Source of the DNA: Cetorhinus maximus
Lineage: Eukaryota
NCBI RefSeq assembly: GCF_964194155.1
Contig: NW_027596270.1
Location: forward strand, 248,001 to 312,000
Length of the DNA stretch: 64,000 nucleotides
Direction of reading: 5' to 3'
The translations under genes were made by a program, and so were the position numbers. Below, piece by piece: positions 62,320 to 64,000 of this stretch; the stretch's first letter is position 1; every line of letters starts with the position of its first letter. A model generated the notes under the pieces. It ran no database searches, was not told the origin of the DNA, and was given only the letters and a program-made list of their open reading frames with translations.

Positions 62320-62545
62320 TGACCCACCCCTAGCTCCAATTCCTCCCGTGCATCCACAATCTCCTCCAGCCTCCTCAGCTACCTGTTCCACCCCAGTCCG
62401 TCTCCACCAGCCGTATTGAGCATGCTCTGAGCACAGCCCGGCCCCCATGCCGGCGCTCTGGGTTCCTGTTCTCATTGATAGGGGGCTTTCTGACCCATGA
62501 GGCATTCTGGGTAATCCTACCGCCATTGAGGCCAATCAGCGAACA
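62320..62545 (-). promoter_or_regulatory. Promoter / first exon of ZF8
   Basis: GAGCATGCTC, CGCCATT and CCAAT; homologous to 54265-54440. Confidence 0.55.
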
Positions 62546-62564
62546 GACAATTTTTTTCAACACC

Positions 62565-62703
62565 GGCTCTGAAGAAGGGTCATATGGACTCGAAACGTTA
62601 ACTCTGTTTGTCTCTCCACAGATGCTGTTAGACCTGTTGAGCTTTTCCAGCAATTTCTGTTTTTGTTTCAGATTTCCAGCATCTGCAGTTTTTTGCTTTT
62701 GCC
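62565..62703 (+). repeat. Penelope family-1 terminal fragment with an intact hammerhead core
   Basis: CTGAAGA-A-GGGTC-ATATG-GACTC-GAAA-CGTT-AACT. Confidence 0.75.
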
Positions 62704-63003
62704 TCAGGCAATTCTTTTTCCCCAGTTGGTAAATCAGAAGATCCATGAATGAGGGGGATATTGGACAGGAAGTATAATGAGAGGTTCAGACACTTTATTA
62801 AATACTCACAGCAGAAGCACATTAATCTGATCGGAGATCACTTCCACACGAGCAGCCAGCGGAGTGGAGCCTCTGGAGATTCTGGTCCCTTTCCCATCAG
62901 TATTTACAGGAGCTGGGACATGGAAAAGAGTCTCAGTAAAATCAGGGATTTATTTGTTCACTGTTTTAAAATGGGTCTGGGCTCACACTCAAAGTTTGTG
63001 CAG

Positions 63004-63175
63004 CCTGTGACTCCCTGTGATTATTAACCCTCCCCTTCCAGACCCTTTGGGCTCTCTATTGTTTCTCAATATCCTCCCGGCCCTGTGACTCCCGAGGTTT
63101 ATTAACCCTCCCTCTCCAGGCCCTTTGGACCGTCTAATGTTGGACTCTGTATTGTTTTTCAATGTCCTCCTGGCC
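63004..63175. repeat. Imperfect tandem duplication (about 78 and 94 bp)
   Basis: CCTGTGACTCCC...TATTAACCCTCCC...CCCTTTGG occurs twice. Confidence 0.75.
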
Positions 63176-63865
63176 TTGTATCTGATCCAATAAAAACCCT
63201 CCTTACATCACACAGGGAACAGCTTTAGACATGTTCTGACTTTTCACCTCAATCTTATTCTGCTGAATGATCTCATTGACCGTTCCCTTTCTCTCGATCA
63301 GTCCGTCCACCATCTCTTTTCTGGATTTCACTCCTTCTTGTTGTTCCAGGATTTCATCTCTCTGCCTTTTATTTCTTTTACTGAAGATTCCTGTCCATTG
63401 CTGCCTCACAGCCTCGTCCTGTTCCCACATATTCTCCATGTCTAAGTGCTTCCCAGCGGCCGTGCCAGCCGTGGCCCCTATTCCAGCCCAGTCACTGATC
63501 CCTCTCTTCCCTCCACCCTTTTTACTGGTGTCACTATCACAGGGACGATCGTGGTGTTTTGCAAAACTGCCTTAACGCCGGGGTCATGGCTACTGGTGGT
63601 CACAGTCCACCCATCTCTCTCCCTGCATTCTGACTTCTGAAATCCCCGGATAATTCCCTTATCATCTGAACATCAAGGTGCTTGAAGATGGGATGATATA
63701 ATCTTGGGGACGGGTGTGTGGTATTCAAGGCAAATAGTACAGGAACTATTTTAAATCTTGTATCACTATATAGGCTTTCTGAGTATGGGTGATGATTAAA
63801 CCATTTGTGGGACCAATTTCTTATGGCAGAACAGATTAAGGGGTAGTCAGTGAAGCATATGGGGC
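63130..63865 (-). mobile_element. Degenerate envelope / class I fusion glycoprotein-like relic of an endogenous retroelement
   Basis: KKGGGKR followed by the Gly/Ala-rich GISDWAGIGATAGTAAG, a helical heptad-like stretch and QNMSKAVPC; broken by stops and frameshifts. Confidence 0.45.
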
Positions 63866-63867
63866 CT

Positions 63868-64000
63868 TGGGCTTCATAAATAGAGGTACTGAGTATAAAA
63901 ACAGAGGCATTATTTTGGCATTTATAATGAAGGCAAATGGAATTTTGGCATTTTTTGCAAAAGGAAGAGTACAAAAATAGGGAAGTGTTGTTGCAACTGT
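63868..64000 (+). mobile_element. CR1 fragments
   Basis: GAGTACAAAAATAGGGAAGTGTTGTTGCAACTGT resembles 3152-3186. Confidence 0.6.

Noticed and set aside
5100-62500. KRAB, SCAN or BTB coding exons upstream of the finger arrays
   Set aside because: No such motifs seen in the ORF track or by eye; short exons below the track threshold cannot be fully excluded

Overview
Eukaryotic, repeat-rich vertebrate DNA. The repeat content (CR1 and L2 LINEs, Deu-domain SINEs, Penelope-like elements) suggests a cartilaginous fish such as a shark; this is inferred, not verified. The window is a cluster of tandem C2H2 zinc-finger genes with no recognisable KRAB, SCAN or BTB domain. Seven arrays carry 7-14 fingers (named here ZF1-4 and ZF6-8), alongside one shattered pseudogene (ZF5) and two single-finger relics. 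All are built from a shared duplicated unit: a CpG-rich CCAAT/GC-box/NRF1-like promoter, an intron, one acceptor exon with a decayed leader, the finger array and a conserved 3' UTR block. Most other ORFs in the track are fragments or antisense shadows of decayed retroelements. Notable observations: start codons created inside a finger linker, two intact arrays with ACG where paralogs have ATG, hammerhead-ribozyme motifs in two Penelope families, retrovirus-like pol and env relics at the two ends of the window, a four-layer nested insertion, a fold-back SINE pair and a tRNA-Val pseudogene. Everything was read by eye with no database searches, and repeat boundaries are approximate.
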